A stretch of 62,896 nucleotides of DNA, counting the filler, from Octopus bimaculoides (lineage: Eukaryota), in the NCBI RefSeq assembly GCF_001194135.2. It is 11 parts of 10 records of this genome, joined end to end, with 100 filler letters (N's around TTAATTAATTAA, not from the genome) between each part and the next. Parts side by side here need not be neighbours in the genome. Positions count along the whole stretch, not along the records: positions 1 to 23,947 come from NC_068987.1; 10 more parts are not named here. One strand, given 5' to 3'. The translations under genes were made by a program, and so were the position numbers. Below, in pieces: positions 1 to 12,030 of this stretch; position 1 is the first letter of the stretch; every line of letters starts with the position of its first letter. The notes under the pieces are model-generated. The model was not told the origin of the DNA, searched no databases, and worked only from the letters and a program-made list of their open reading frames with translations.

Positions 1-420
1 GCCGAGCAAACACGCGAACTTACTTCGTCCCCACTTTCAAGTTCGTGCCTCACAGCGTTCATACACACATAATTTTTCCCGTCTGGCCGTATAGCCTTTT
101 CCGTTTGTTTTCCTGTCTTGTTTTTTGTCCGCCACTACATTCCTCCATGGCACAGGTTTAATTTGTGTATACAAATTTAATTTGCGGTCCATGGGAATAC
201 AAATTGTGTATACAAATTTAATGATGCGTCCTACCCAGCTCTTCGAAACGCCGGTGTTAAAACGGGGGTAGCTGATGAAGGAGAATGTTCTCTATGTGGC
301 TTGTGTGTTTTCTGCACTCAGATTATCATTATTTTCTTGTCTACGTTTTGTTTGCAATGTCCTGTACCCAGATATGCACCTATACATACAGGTAGATGTC
401 GGTATGCACATACCTGTACG
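1..420. repeat. Unclassified interspersed repeat, possibly a Penelope-type terminal region
   Basis: Duplicated palindromic motif aatttgtgtatacaaatt (about 160-220), a ctaccc/gggtag stem, and ctgatgaagg followed by a T-rich tail. The layout resembles 18600-18890. No protein motif seen. Confidence 0.3.
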
Positions 421-453
421 TATATATGCATACACTCATTTATTATTTGTTCT

Positions 454-496
<43 letters not shown>

Positions 497-705
497 ATAC
501 TGTCATGTATCCATGTATACATATAATTCACTATATAAAGATGATATCGTTGAGAGTCTGCAGTAGTTTCATCTGATCATTATACAGAAGTTCGACATTT
601 GAAACTGCGATTGTATTCGTAAACTTTTTCGACATATTTTAGTTTCTGTATTAATCTCTGTATGTTATGGAGAGTTTTGTAATCGCTCTTGTTTGTTATT
701 TAGCA

Positions 706-719
706 TATTACTATTACTA

Positions 720-806
<87 letters not shown>
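706..806. repeat. (TAT)n microsatellite
   Basis: Directly visible; explains the poly-Y/L/I/N ORFs in the track. Confidence 0.98.
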
Positions 807-807
<1 letters not shown>

Positions 808-1056
808 CTTTACCATCATTGTTGTTGTTATTTTCATTATCATTATATGCATCCATATATATATGTGTGTGTGTATATATATATATATATACGGGCATAT
901 ATTTATAATTTTATTCATTGGTTTTTCTTTTGAGATAATAGAATTGTCTCGCGGCTTAGTTTAAGTTTTAATGGACATTCATGTAACTAAATATAACTAT
1001 ATATGTGTACGTACTCACAAAAATACACACACACGTACATATATACATGCATACAC

Positions 1057-1097
<41 letters not shown>

Positions 1098-1707
1098 CAC
1101 GCATAGATACATGTGTGTGTGTGTTTGTGTGTGTGCAAATGTGTGTATTTATAAATAAATATAAGTAGTTGTATATATATATANNNNNNNNNNNNNNNNN
1201 NNNNNNNNNNNNNNNNNNNNNNNNNNNNNNNNNNNNNNNNNNNNNNNNNNNNNNNNNNNNNNNNNNNNNNNNNNNNNNNNNNNNNNNNNNNNNNNNNNNN
1301 NNNNNNNNNNNNNNNNNNNNNNNNNNNNNNNNNNNNNNNNNNNNNNNNNNNNNNNNNNNNNNNNNNNNNNNNNNNNNNNNNNNNNNNNNNNNNNNNNNNN
1401 NNNNNNNNNNNNNNNNNNNNNNNNNNNNNNNNNNNNNNNNNNNNNNNNNNNNNNNNNNNNNNNNNNNNNNNNNNNNNNNNNNNNNNNNNNNNNNNNNNNN
1501 NNNNNNNNNNNNNNNNNNNNNNNNNNNNNNNNNNNNNNNNNNNNNNNNNNNNNNNNNNNNNNNNNNNNNNNNNNNNNNNNNNNNNNNNNNNNNNNNNNNN
1601 NNNNNNNNNNNNNNNNNNNNNNNNNNNNNNNNNNNNNNNNNNNNNNNNNNNNNNNNNNNNNNNNNNNNNNNNNNNNNNNNNNNNNNNNNNNNNNNNNNNN
1701 NNNNNNN

Positions 1708-1738
<31 letters not shown>

Positions 1739-1889
1739 TTTGTATGCATTTACGCATGCAAGAAGGTAGGTAGGGGGTAGGTATATATGTAAACATAAAT
1801 TGAAGTATGTAGGTAGGTGGGTTAGTAGGTAATCGTGCGTATATATTAGTGCATCTGTGTAGTTGTATACGAACACAGACACACACATA

Positions 1890-1921
<32 letters not shown>

Positions 1922-1931
1922 NNNNNNNNNN

Positions 1932-1967
<36 letters not shown>

Positions 1968-2187
1968 CTACAGTCAAACCCAATAGGTAATGAAGTTATT
2001 TCCAACACAACATTCGACTCGTTTCAGCAGTATACGTTTGTTCTCGTGATATGGCTATTTCAACATTAATATTTATATACTTATCTGTATATGCATCTAT
2101 GTATTCTTTAGTTTGAATGTTTTCGCACTCACGCGCGCACACATAGATATTTGTATGTACATATGTGTCTGTGAGAGAAAGAGAAAG

Positions 2188-2229
<42 letters not shown>

Positions 2230-2412
2230 CGAGTCTTGCTACTGTACATGTGTCTTATATTTACAAATTGACTCTAATTCATGCAGCGTTAATGATGTTG
2301 CCTTTTTTTGTTGCTGTTTGAATGCTGTTGCTGTTAGCAATGTTTATATTCAAATTATTGCTCTTAGTTCCAAAGCTACGTCTTCAAGGGATTTATCATT
2401 TCTTCATTGCAG

Positions 2413-2488
2413 ATAATCAAAATCATCCGAAATTGTGCATTTCCGCAGATAAACTCTATAATGGGCTTACCTTTCTCTTTGTATGTAT
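2413..2488 (+). CDS. Candidate host exon, xNQNHPKLCISADKLYNGLTFLFVC
   Basis: Acceptor tttcttcattgcag, donor tat|gtaagc, one open frame. Phase-compatible with 13620-13641. Overlaps an antisense candidate, so at least one is probably chance. Confidence 0.25.
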
Positions 2489-2522
2489 GTAAGCAAATCT
2501 CTTCCAATTGCTTTCTCGTAGC
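2471..2522 (-). CDS. Candidate host exon, xYEKAIGRDLLTYIQRE (alternative frame ATRKQLEEICLHTYKEK)
   Basis: Acceptor ttcaacacatctgcag, strong donor AAG|gtaagc, 52 nt, two open frames. Confidence 0.25.
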
Positions 2523-3194
2523 CTGCAGATGTGTTGAAATTACAATGAAACAAGTTTGCTCATAATTAAAAGTATTTCATCAACGTATATTCAAATAACA
2601 AGCGTTGGTCTCGACGTGTGTTTTCGATTTGACCAAATCGTGTATATGTAGCACTGATTTGCTCGGTGCAGATATAGTCAATCTCTACCCGGTCATTGGT
2701 ATCCGCTTCCCAGATCTAGAAGATCTGTATTACGTCGGAAGACTACGTTAACAACACCCTATTATATGCTATAGCCATAGACTGAAGCACTGATTTCGAG
2801 ATATGGAATTAATTTGATAAGTAATCCTGGTTCCGCTCCTGTAGTCTTATATTTTAGATTCCTCTCCCTGTACTTCACACGTTTTATACGCATCAAAACA
2901 CATTTCTACTGAATGTATCCATAAAATGTCAGTTCTTCATATTAGATATTTCTAATTTATAATACACAAATATTTGAAGTGTAATGTACAAACTGCCAAT
3001 TACGCTGGTCAACAAAATTTAAATGTATTACACTAATTATGAATGCAAACCGACATTTCGTTCTGAAGATTCAATAAACAAATGCCATTCTACAAGATCA
3101 TGATTTTGGAATAAACATTCGAGAAGTCCATCAACGTTACTGCAAAAACAAAGCGGGCTTTCAATAGAAAAGCACGTTTGTAGTACCATATTTC

Positions 3195-4231
3195 AATGCT
3201 GAAAATAAGTTATACGAACACCGTAATCTAGCGGATACTTTTCCATCAGTCTTAATGCCAACAGTTCTGTTTTATCCTTTGAGAGGGATAGGTCTCTGAC
3301 AAGGTCATTCAGTTCAGCTTGGGAAAATTTCTGAGGTTCAAAGCTATCATCATCAGCCACGTAATCTTCTCAGCAGCGCTATAGTGACAGTCAGCATTAT
3401 CATCTGTTATTTCAATACCATCATCTGGTGGAACATGAATAGACAGACTTCTACTGTGAAGCACAGGTATCATTGCAGAATCCAGTTGGAATACAAGATT
3501 TTGTGTTAATTCTTCATAGAAAATCCAATGACATTTACTTTGCAAAAATAACAGTCATTAAAATGGTCTTTCGATTACCTCCAAGACATTGAGTTCTTCT
3601 TATTAAATCAATCACGTAAGCCATTTGAGCAAGCAAGCAGATAAAATGGGGTGCTTATAACTTGTTCTGATCTCTAAGAGGTCAGTCAAAGTAGAGCTTA
3701 TTAATCTTCTCGATTTCTGGTGTTATTATACGCTTTTGAGCTTTCACATTAAATTGTCCACAGACATAACAAAACACATCAGGGCGATTTCTACACTGTC
3801 TTGACATTGTTAACACTGTAAAACAAGTAAGGAAATAGATGCAAACGGTTATAATTATATTGAATTTGAGATGATGAAATATTTCATCAAGCCAATTATA
3901 TGATTGAACAATTTGAGATGTTGAAATATCTATTTCATCAGACAAAACGTAATTGGTTAATTTAAGATGATGAAACATTGCATCTGGACTATGTGGCAAG
4001 GAATAATGTAGTTTATTTTAAAAGTATGTTTCCATGATGTAAATGAAATACATGCATACACGTCATTAATTGCAATTTCTATATAATGCATGAGCTAAAA
4101 GCAAAAAAACTTTCTCATCTTGAAAACTGTACGGGATTTCAAAAAATTAATTGTATATTTGAAATCAACATTAAAAACTTCAGTGAGTACACCTTGACAT
4201 ATGTTTGATGAAAAATACTTGTTGACCAGTG
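3195..4231 (-). mobile_element. Chapaev3-like (CMC superfamily) DNA transposon, 5' part, pseudogenised
   Basis: Minus-strand peptides MSRQCRNRPDVFCYVCGQF...KLYFD, APHFIC, WR*SKDHFNDCYFC and DKTELLALRL, with stops. Terminus CACTGGTCAAC at 4231 preceded by TAA (TWA-type target). The superfamily call is from motif recall. Confidence 0.75.
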
Positions 4232-4852
4232 TTACAGAAAAAATGTACAAAGAAACAATTTAACCTTTTTACAATAGAACAATTATTGCGACAGATGTTC
4301 TAAAATATACTGTTAATATACTGTTAATATACTGTTAGCTCATAGGATGGAGTTTTAGCAGTGATTCCAAGGTTTACCCTTACCACATATTGTCGCATAA
4401 TGAGTCAGTTTAGGAATTACGTTTACAGGAATACGCAGTTACTTATTAAATAAACAGTTCGGGCATTCAGTTGATCAAACAACTGGAATTCAGAAATCTG
4501 TTATATGATGGAGCTTCACTATAGTAACCAAAGTGACCACTAAGTAAACAAAGACCTTTCTCAAACTTTTCCAAATACACACGGTGTAAAAGAAGTCAAT
4601 GTCCTTCTTCTCAATCGTTTACAAAATTCTTTAGAGAATCCTTAGGATAAAAGTAAAATAGGTGATGAGCATAAACAGAATCTAAATGCTTTTAAACTAC
4701 AGTAAAATATTATCTCTTAAATTCTAAGTAATTAAAGATTTATACTAAATAAACAGAAACACAATTCAAATGTTTAATTGCTTATTCAGATAAGGTTACC
4801 ATCCAGAACCTAAATGCATCCAGTATGGGTGTCTATTATTAATAGATATTAA

Positions 4853-5066
4853 GCGAGTTAGCTGGCAGAATCGTTAGCACGCTGGACGAAATGCTTAGCG
4901 GTATTTTGCCAGTCGCTCCGTTCTGAGTTCAAATACTGCCGAGCTTCACTTTGCCTTTCATCCTTTCGGGGTCGATAAAATAAGTACCAGTTTGACACTG
5001 GGGTTGGTGTAAACGACTCAACTTCTTCCCCAAAATGGCTGCCCTGTTGGCAAAATTTGAAATCAT
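4853..5066 (+). mobile_element. tRNA-derived SINE with ~20-bp target-site duplication
   Basis: Head tagctggcagaatcg...gagttcaaat (A/B-box-like). Flanking direct repeat attattaatagatattaagc at 4835-4854 and 5065-5084. Confidence 0.85.
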
Positions 5067-5879
5067 TATTAATAGATATTAAGCAATAGCAATTAAAATA
5101 TCTCCATAAAATTATAAATTATGATTTCACTGTTGTCAAGATTTGCTGTGCAACAAATATTTGATTGATTTTATAAATATTTTTGGATTAGTGCAATCCC
5201 TCCAACAGCACAACATTTGTCACATAAAGATGTCGAGTAAACTATGTTCCTTTATAGTAAAGTATGCACTGCCATTAACCATTATCTCTTTGGTAACCTA
5301 TCTCTTTCGTCAGTCTTCACTTGGCATTGAAATCTGAGAATACTACCAACTGAAATAAATGAGAAGAGACCAGGAACCATGGCTATTCCAAACGGTCCGG
5401 GACTCTTTTTCATCATCTACAGAAAAGCGTATTTCATAGTAAGCTGATCCTTGACAGCTCAGGTTCTGACACAAGTGGATAGGTTGCTTTAGAAAACAAT
5501 CCCATATAATTCTTCAGTTTCTAATGCATTGATCGTCATCAAATGTCAGTATTAACGAAAAACACTGAAAGAAAAGCATCACTAGATCCGCTAATTCACC
5601 GATTCATTCCTGATGATACAAAGAACCAAATCAGAAAATGGGAACCTAAAACTAAATAATCGAAACTGGACAAAATTCTACCTAACAGTGGGACAAAAAT
5701 ACAGTGGTGGCATTGTGTATGCTACAACGGTGATCGGAGTATATAAACCATATCTTTCCTAAAGACCACTGCCAGCAAGGAATTCAGCTTAAAATATAAT
5801 TTGTCTTTAATTTCGGCAACTTACATGATATATCTACATAATTATGTGCGTTTATGTGTGTCTGTTTATGAGTGTCTGT

Positions 5880-5925
<46 letters not shown>

Positions 5926-6572
5926 ATGTGCACGTGTATGCGATTGCGCACCGCTGTAGGTGTATGCGCAGGCCTACGTGTGTGTACGTAAATACACACA
6001 CTCACACACATATACATGCACAATTACAAAAGACGCCTACATCATAACACACATATATGCGTATGTATTTGTTAGTATATGCACGCATCCACATACATAC
6101 ACACGTACACTCACACAGAAATATACTAACAACACCTACAACACAACACAAACCTGTGTGTCTATATCTATATCAGCGTTTGTGCGTGTTTCCTTGCGTA
6201 TGACAGTGCATGCGTGCGCGTCTCGATTATCAAAATCTGTGTTCGTATTTCTAAGTACACATATGTGTACTGTTTGTTTGTGAATGAACATAGAGAATAC
6301 AAAAATTGTTGGGAAGAACTAGAACATGAGAATAAAACATAAAGTATCGTATTGACTTGTTAATTGCTAAGATCAACACAAACGTTGAATAGTAAATATT
6401 GATGAAGAAAGTTGAAGTGAAACGAAATTATTGAAGAGTAAATATTCTTTATATTTCGTAAATTGGTCAATTCCATTGGTGATAGTCTTTTATTAACTGA
6501 GTAAAGAGGAAATATATTTCTTTGTTCATGACAGACACTTCAACTCAAATTTATTCAATTTAAGTTATTCTC

Positions 6573-6648
<76 letters not shown>

Positions 6649-6724
6649 GCGCTCTTTTTCTATCGCTCATTTACGTACGCTTAATCATGCACGCAGTCAT
6701 ACACTAATACACGTAGCTATATAC

Positions 6725-6755
<31 letters not shown>

Positions 6756-6864
6756 NNNNNNNNNNCTCTCTCTCTCTCTCTCTTTCCCGCGCTCTTTTTC
6801 TATCGCTCATTTACGTACGCTTAATCATGCACGCAGTCATACACTAATACACGTAGCTATATAC

Positions 6865-6895
<31 letters not shown>

Positions 6896-7264
6896 GGTGT
6901 GTGTGGGTGTGGGTGTGGGTGTGTATGTAGGTGTGTGTATATGTGGGTGTGTGTAAGTAGGTATGCACGTATACATTCATATACACGCATTCCATATATA
7001 CTTGCGTACATATATATACACATATATATATATATAAACCCACAAACATTACACTCACCAGATGTATAATATGCGTGTGATCGCACACAAAAATACGTAC
7101 ACTCTATAACGTGTGTGTGCGCGTGTGTGTGTGTGTGCGTGTGTGTGTGTGCGTGCGTGTGTGCCTCTACGTGTATCTGCATTCACATGTAACCATAAGT
7201 AGAAAGGATTAAAGTATTTTGAAGTTGATTACATCTTTTAAAGATATGAATTTCATTTGCAATA

Positions 7265-7545
7265 TGAAAACTATGCATACGTTAGCGACCGTATTGCAGT
7301 TATGCACAAATTAACATTCCTATAGCAATTATGTATATATTAAAGGCCATATAGCAGCTATGCATATATTAACGACTATATAACAATTATTCATTCATTA
7401 CCGACCGTACAGTAAGCATGCATACATTAATAAATATATAGCAATTATACATTCATTAATGTTCATATTAGAATTATGCATAAATTTATGACTATTTTAC
7501 TGTTATGCATGCTTTAACGATCTTTCAACAATTGTGCATAATAAA
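7265..7545. repeat. Diverged ~29-30-bp AT-rich minisatellite (about 9 units)
   Basis: Recurring unit similar to tatagcaattatgcatatattaacgacta. Confidence 0.65.
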
Positions 7546-8344
7546 GGTGGGTTCATAACGGGAATAGTACTAATCATTTAGCCTTGATGATGAGGAAAGC
7601 AGAGTAGAGGTGGGTACATGGACAGGATATATATAAAGTTTATATAACGTTTCACTGCTTCAGATATACAGATAACTACTGCACTAGCTCTAGAAGCGAA
7701 TCTGATGACAGACAGCAAGTTTAAAATTGCAGTTCTAATTAATGTGTATTTACTTCTTTTACTGGTGGCTGTCTATGGTGTTGTTGTTTAGCGTTGGGCC
7801 AACGCAAGGAAAACATAATAATGTACCACACGAGGTCATTGTGTTGGTTTTAAGTGATAGTCTGTCATTAAATAACATGGTATCTTCTATCTTTTAAACA
7901 TTAGAACGTTGAGAGGAATTTACGGTTATTTCTTGTACACTGTAAAAGCATGTCGAGACTCCGTCCTTCCGTCATCCCTTTAGAATTGCCGACACTTGAT
8001 ATTTACAAGTTTACACAGGACAAGGTCAATATTCTAGAAAATTTGCATTCTGAGGTCGAAGGCATATATGGTGTATATCATAAAAAGTTATATGTGTCAG
8101 TAACACCAGTGACTTACTCAGGTGTGTTACTATGTATATATAGATGCCTCTTTGTACACATATATGCACGAAGGCTGCTTCATATTGGTGACTATATATA
8201 CATGTAACATGCGTGAATACACAGACATGCATATACACACTCCTGAATATATGTGCCTTGCCTATATTTTCACACACATGTACTCACATACACGAAGGCA
8301 TAATTATATGTATAAATGTATGTAAGTGTGTGTATATGTGTGGC

Positions 8345-9290
8345 ACATAGATGCAAATCTCGAGGTAGAAAATGGTACTCGAATACCAAAGATAGAGTAA
8401 AGTATTATTTTATTGAAGCTGCAAAAACTTCATAACCTGTTACTCATAGCTTCACGTAACCATTCATCAAACAATGTGTGCTTTTGTGTGTGTATAAGTA
8501 ATTATGTATATTGAGCCATAACCAAAAATCTGAAATTAAACAAAAGTGAGTGATGGAAAGAGGGACGAAACCACAGATGAGAAGATGGGTAAACAGAATG
8601 AACCACTTAAAAAAACACACCTTTGCGAAAATTGAAGACTGAAATAAATTTGCATGCTTTTGAAAAATTGCATTTGAAGAAATGGATTGACGAAACTAAG
8701 TGATAAGTGAAGGAAAATTGGAGTTACAGAAAACTATGTTTAGGAATTAAATTTAGTCATATTAAAATATTTTACTGAGTATAAATGTTTGGCTAAAATA
8801 TTGGAATGAAATCCAAATAATGTGAAAAAAATAAAATGCATCAATGTTAACAAGTGTGGAAGTTTAATGGTCTATAATGGTTTATAGAGAAAATATAAGA
8901 AATTATTTCTGTCTCCGTATAAATTTGATTATAAAGTTGTGTATGTATAAAGATAAAGTTTAGCAATCAATTAATAAATTAAATCTAAATTTAATTAATA
9001 CTAAGTAAACGTGTGGAGTTAATATTAATATTCTTACCTTTGAAAATAATCATGTACAGAATACGGTACCTAAAAAGCAACTTTCTATTTTAAAGTATCT
9101 AATAAAACACAGAAACAAGTACAGGTAATCGTTTACTGAATTGAAAATGACGGACTTAAAATTGACAAATATTAGGTTAGCTAATTAAATGAGTAAATGA
9201 ATATATAAGATATATGAAGAAATAAGATTAAATAGATGTATAATATGCTATAGGGTGAAGTAAAGTGATATAAAGTGTTTCGGGATACTA
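8345..9290. mobile_element. Penelope-like element remnant: inverted pLTR with a decayed hammerhead, plus degraded body
   Basis: Minus strand 8435-8475 reads ttgt-TTGATGA-atggttacgt-GAAG-ctatgag-TA-acag, a type-I hammerhead with two core substitutions. The A-rich sequence that follows is too decayed to translate reliably. Confidence 0.5.
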
Positions 9291-9342
9291 TTGTAGTAAT
9301 TGGTTAATTAGAATATTAGACCACAATGGTGATTTAAGAATA

Positions 9343-10790
9343 AAACAAGAGCACTCAGAGAGCGCAAACCTCCGCCAATGCTTCTTTATTTTGGCACTAC
9401 GGCCACAACACAGAGGTGACACTACAAAGACACCACAGTGGGGACAAAAAGCATAAAAGGAACGAAAATGAGATGTTATATAAAAATGAAAAAAGGAAAT
9501 GGCTACATAGGCCCCACTCCAATGCAGTACCATTTGAACGTTTATATAAACTATTTACTTGTTTTTTTCTCGTTTTCCCTCTTTTTTTTTAAATTAAACA
9601 ATTTTACATTTTTCCTTCTTTCATCAATAAAAAAATTTTAATTATTTTTTTAAACTTTTTAATATCTCATGAAAGTTTCTAAATCTTTTAGCTCCACTAC
9701 TGGTGGAAAATCATCGAACTCCGCCATCGCACCCGGCGGGTCAATCCCTCCACCACACATGTCTTTTAGTTTGTTGTCGGTGTCTTTTTCAACCACGATG
9801 GCCTTCACATTCTCAGAATACACATCCGTGAGCAACTTCACCCCTACAACATGTTTAAACTTTAATACTTTCCTTTCAGCTTCCTTGTCCCTTGTGCACG
9901 TCACAAAACTCCATCGAAATCTCTCCTCTCTCATCTGACTTCTCCTTTCCTGCTCTGCTCCTGATACCTTCTTCCTTTCTTCCACCTCCCTGAACAGACT
10001 CTCCAGTTTCATTTCCAAACCTTTCTCCACCACTGGAACAATCGGTGTCCCCACCAATGTCTCCTCCTCATGCAACACCTCCTTGAACACTATTCCAGTT
10101 ACTCTTTCGTTCATTTTCTCACCCACCATCTCGTCCTCCCTCCCTCTAGCCTCCTCTCTCTCCCTCTCTTCCTTCTTTCCCCTCTGCTACTCTGGTGGAG
10201 AGCTCACTCTCCCACCTTGCCTTCTTCTCCGTTGCTCTCTCCTTCATCTCGACCTGCACCGCTCGGTCCCCGCTGTCCTACCTCTCAGTCCGCTCCGTCT
10301 GTTGTTCCCTCTAGGGGCACCTCACCCTCATGTGGTCCCCCTCCCCACATGTATAACATATAGGCGGCACGCCCTCCACCACGTCAATCCCACGTCATCG
10401 GTCTGATTTCTTTATCCACCAGTTTCGACTAAGATAGAGATACCAGTAAAATTAATAATAGAGAAACGCCGCCATAACTTACGTGGAAATCATGAGCGTT
10501 CTTTCAAGGGAGATAATCAGAGAAAGACTTGAAAGTGAACGTAAGACCGTAATACTTCATGTAAAGTAAAGTATATATAACAAATAATCTAGTATCCTTG
10601 TCTGTTACTGGATCGATCCCAAAGTCTAATCAGTTCGTGCCAGTCACAATGCCAAAGATCCCTGAAAGTTTCATCCGAATCCATTCAGCGGTTCTTCAGA
10701 TATTTTGTCCACGGACAAACAAATAAACATATAAACAAACAAACACGACTGAAACACAATAGTTCTGCCTTCGCTAAGGCGGAGGTAGTA
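9343..10790 (-). mobile_element. Helentron-associated non-autonomous element (HINE/DINE-1-like)
   Basis: SubTIRs acctccgcc (9368-9376) and ggcggaggt (10778-10786). The 5' subTIR has an adjacent inverted repeat and a (GTTT)n-like microsatellite. 3' stem-loop gcgctc-tct-gagtgc followed by Ts. Confidence 0.75.
9390..10407 (-). mobile_element. 5'-truncated L1/Tx1-like ORF1-only (HAL1-like) retroelement, flanked by 8-bp TSD
   Basis: Gag-type knuckle CYTCGEGDHMRVRC at about 10315-10356, then stops and a frameshift, then the 156-aa ORF 9659-10129. AATAAA at the 3' end. TSD ttctttat at 9382-9389 and 10408-10415. Confidence 0.7.
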
Positions 10791-11700
10791 AATGAAATTA
10801 TTTAATGGAATATTTTAATAAACTTTAACAAATATTCCTGCATGAAGTTTTCAGCATCATAATATAAATATATACGTAAAATAATATAACCGAACAGAAC
10901 AGGCTTTGTACAATTCTAGTAGTTGGATAGCATAATAATATAAATAGATAGGAGAGCAATTTAAAGTAATAACAGGCGTAATGATCCTGTAAAATCAGAT
11001 TAAAGGCACCCAACCTATAATTTATGCCTGATGATGTCCAGGCTATTGGATAGAGATTTCAGCTTCACGGAGTGGTTGTGATTAGTTTGCAATAAGAAAA
11101 ATTAAAGACAGTTGACAGCCATTTGGACAAGTCTCACACATCTCCTGATAGACTTTCCATGCATTGTTACCATATAACAGGTTAGATTTTTGTACATATA
11201 TTCAAATAGTGATTTTCTGTTTGCCATTTTCCTAAGGACAATTTTTAACATATTGCCATCAATTTCATACTGATGTACTCTTCGTTTTTGTATGTGCGAA
11301 GATTTTATTTGTTTTGTTTTCTTTTTGTTCACTTTACTTGAGGTAATCCTGTACTAATACATCTTTCGTCTTCAACTTATTTCTTATCCATACAGACTTC
11401 CATGAACTTTCACTTTTAAAGTTGTTTTCATTCAATCTATGTTAGAATAACTGTGAATTTATATCAAGCAGTCTGTACACAGTGTAACACTTAAAATATA
11501 TATATTAATAATTTATAGCTTTTTTTGTTTTTTATATCTATTTTTGGGCTCATTTGACATAATTTAGAGTTTAGTCTATCTTACAATTCATAAGTACGAG
11601 AATCAGCGAAGCATTCCCTGACAGATTTTATTTTCAATTATAGACACTCAAGACTCGTGTGGTTTGTATCGTTATTATTAATACAGTTCTATATTTAAGA

Positions 11701-11846
11701 GATGAGGAATTATGTACATTATTTACATTATTTACATTTGACGGATATTTGTCCTCACCTTGTTTGTTGTTAACATATGGCGTAGTGGTTTACAGCGCGG
11801 GCTACTAACCCCAAGATTCCGAGTTCGATTCCAGGCAGTGACCTGA

Positions 11847-11891
<45 letters not shown>

Positions 11892-12030
11892 TCGGAGAAT
11901 ACCTTAGGAATGAGAATCCAGGTTCAACACTTCCCCAAGACACATGATGACGGCTGAAGGTTATATCAGCCGAAACGTTGAGCTAACAAACAAGATGCCG
12001 ACAATTATATGTCAAATGTAAATAATGTTT
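11701..12030 (+). mobile_element. Non-autonomous element: inverted terminal segment, tRNA-like head, (TAA)n and hammerhead-like 3' module
   Basis: A box tggcgtagtgg 11778-11788 and B box gagttcgattcc 11821-11832. Segment 11715-11774 is an inverted copy (roughly 80% identical) of 11982-12028. Hammerhead-like fold at 11939-11984. Confidence 0.7.

Noticed and set aside
225-295. ctgatga and gaaa as a hammerhead (also 18705-18765)
   Set aside because: GAAA lies upstream of CUGAUGA and no helix I can be formed for a type-II topology.
2471-2522. Annexin assignment for YEKAIGRDLLTYIQRE
   Set aside because: Only a 17-residue resemblance, no other annexin exon found, and two frames are open. No gene symbol given.
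5380-5790. Possible LINE remnants here, at 2640-2900 and at 55480-55990
   Set aside because: Composition is suggestive, but no translatable motif could be recovered with confidence.
6631-6885. Direct duplication across a 10-N gap (also 39972-40080)
   Set aside because: Identical sequence on both sides of a short gap is typical of an unmerged contig overlap.
11020-11065. ctgatga-tgtcca/tggata-gaga as a hammerhead
   Set aside because: GAGA replaces GAAA, and helices I and III cannot be formed. Other ctgatga hits (5610, 7703, 30388, 56369, 60132) also lack helices.
11778-11845. tRNA gene (also SINE heads at 4853, 35383, 41628 and 51790)
   Set aside because: A and B boxes are present but there is no complete cloverleaf acceptor stem, and each is embedded in a repeat.
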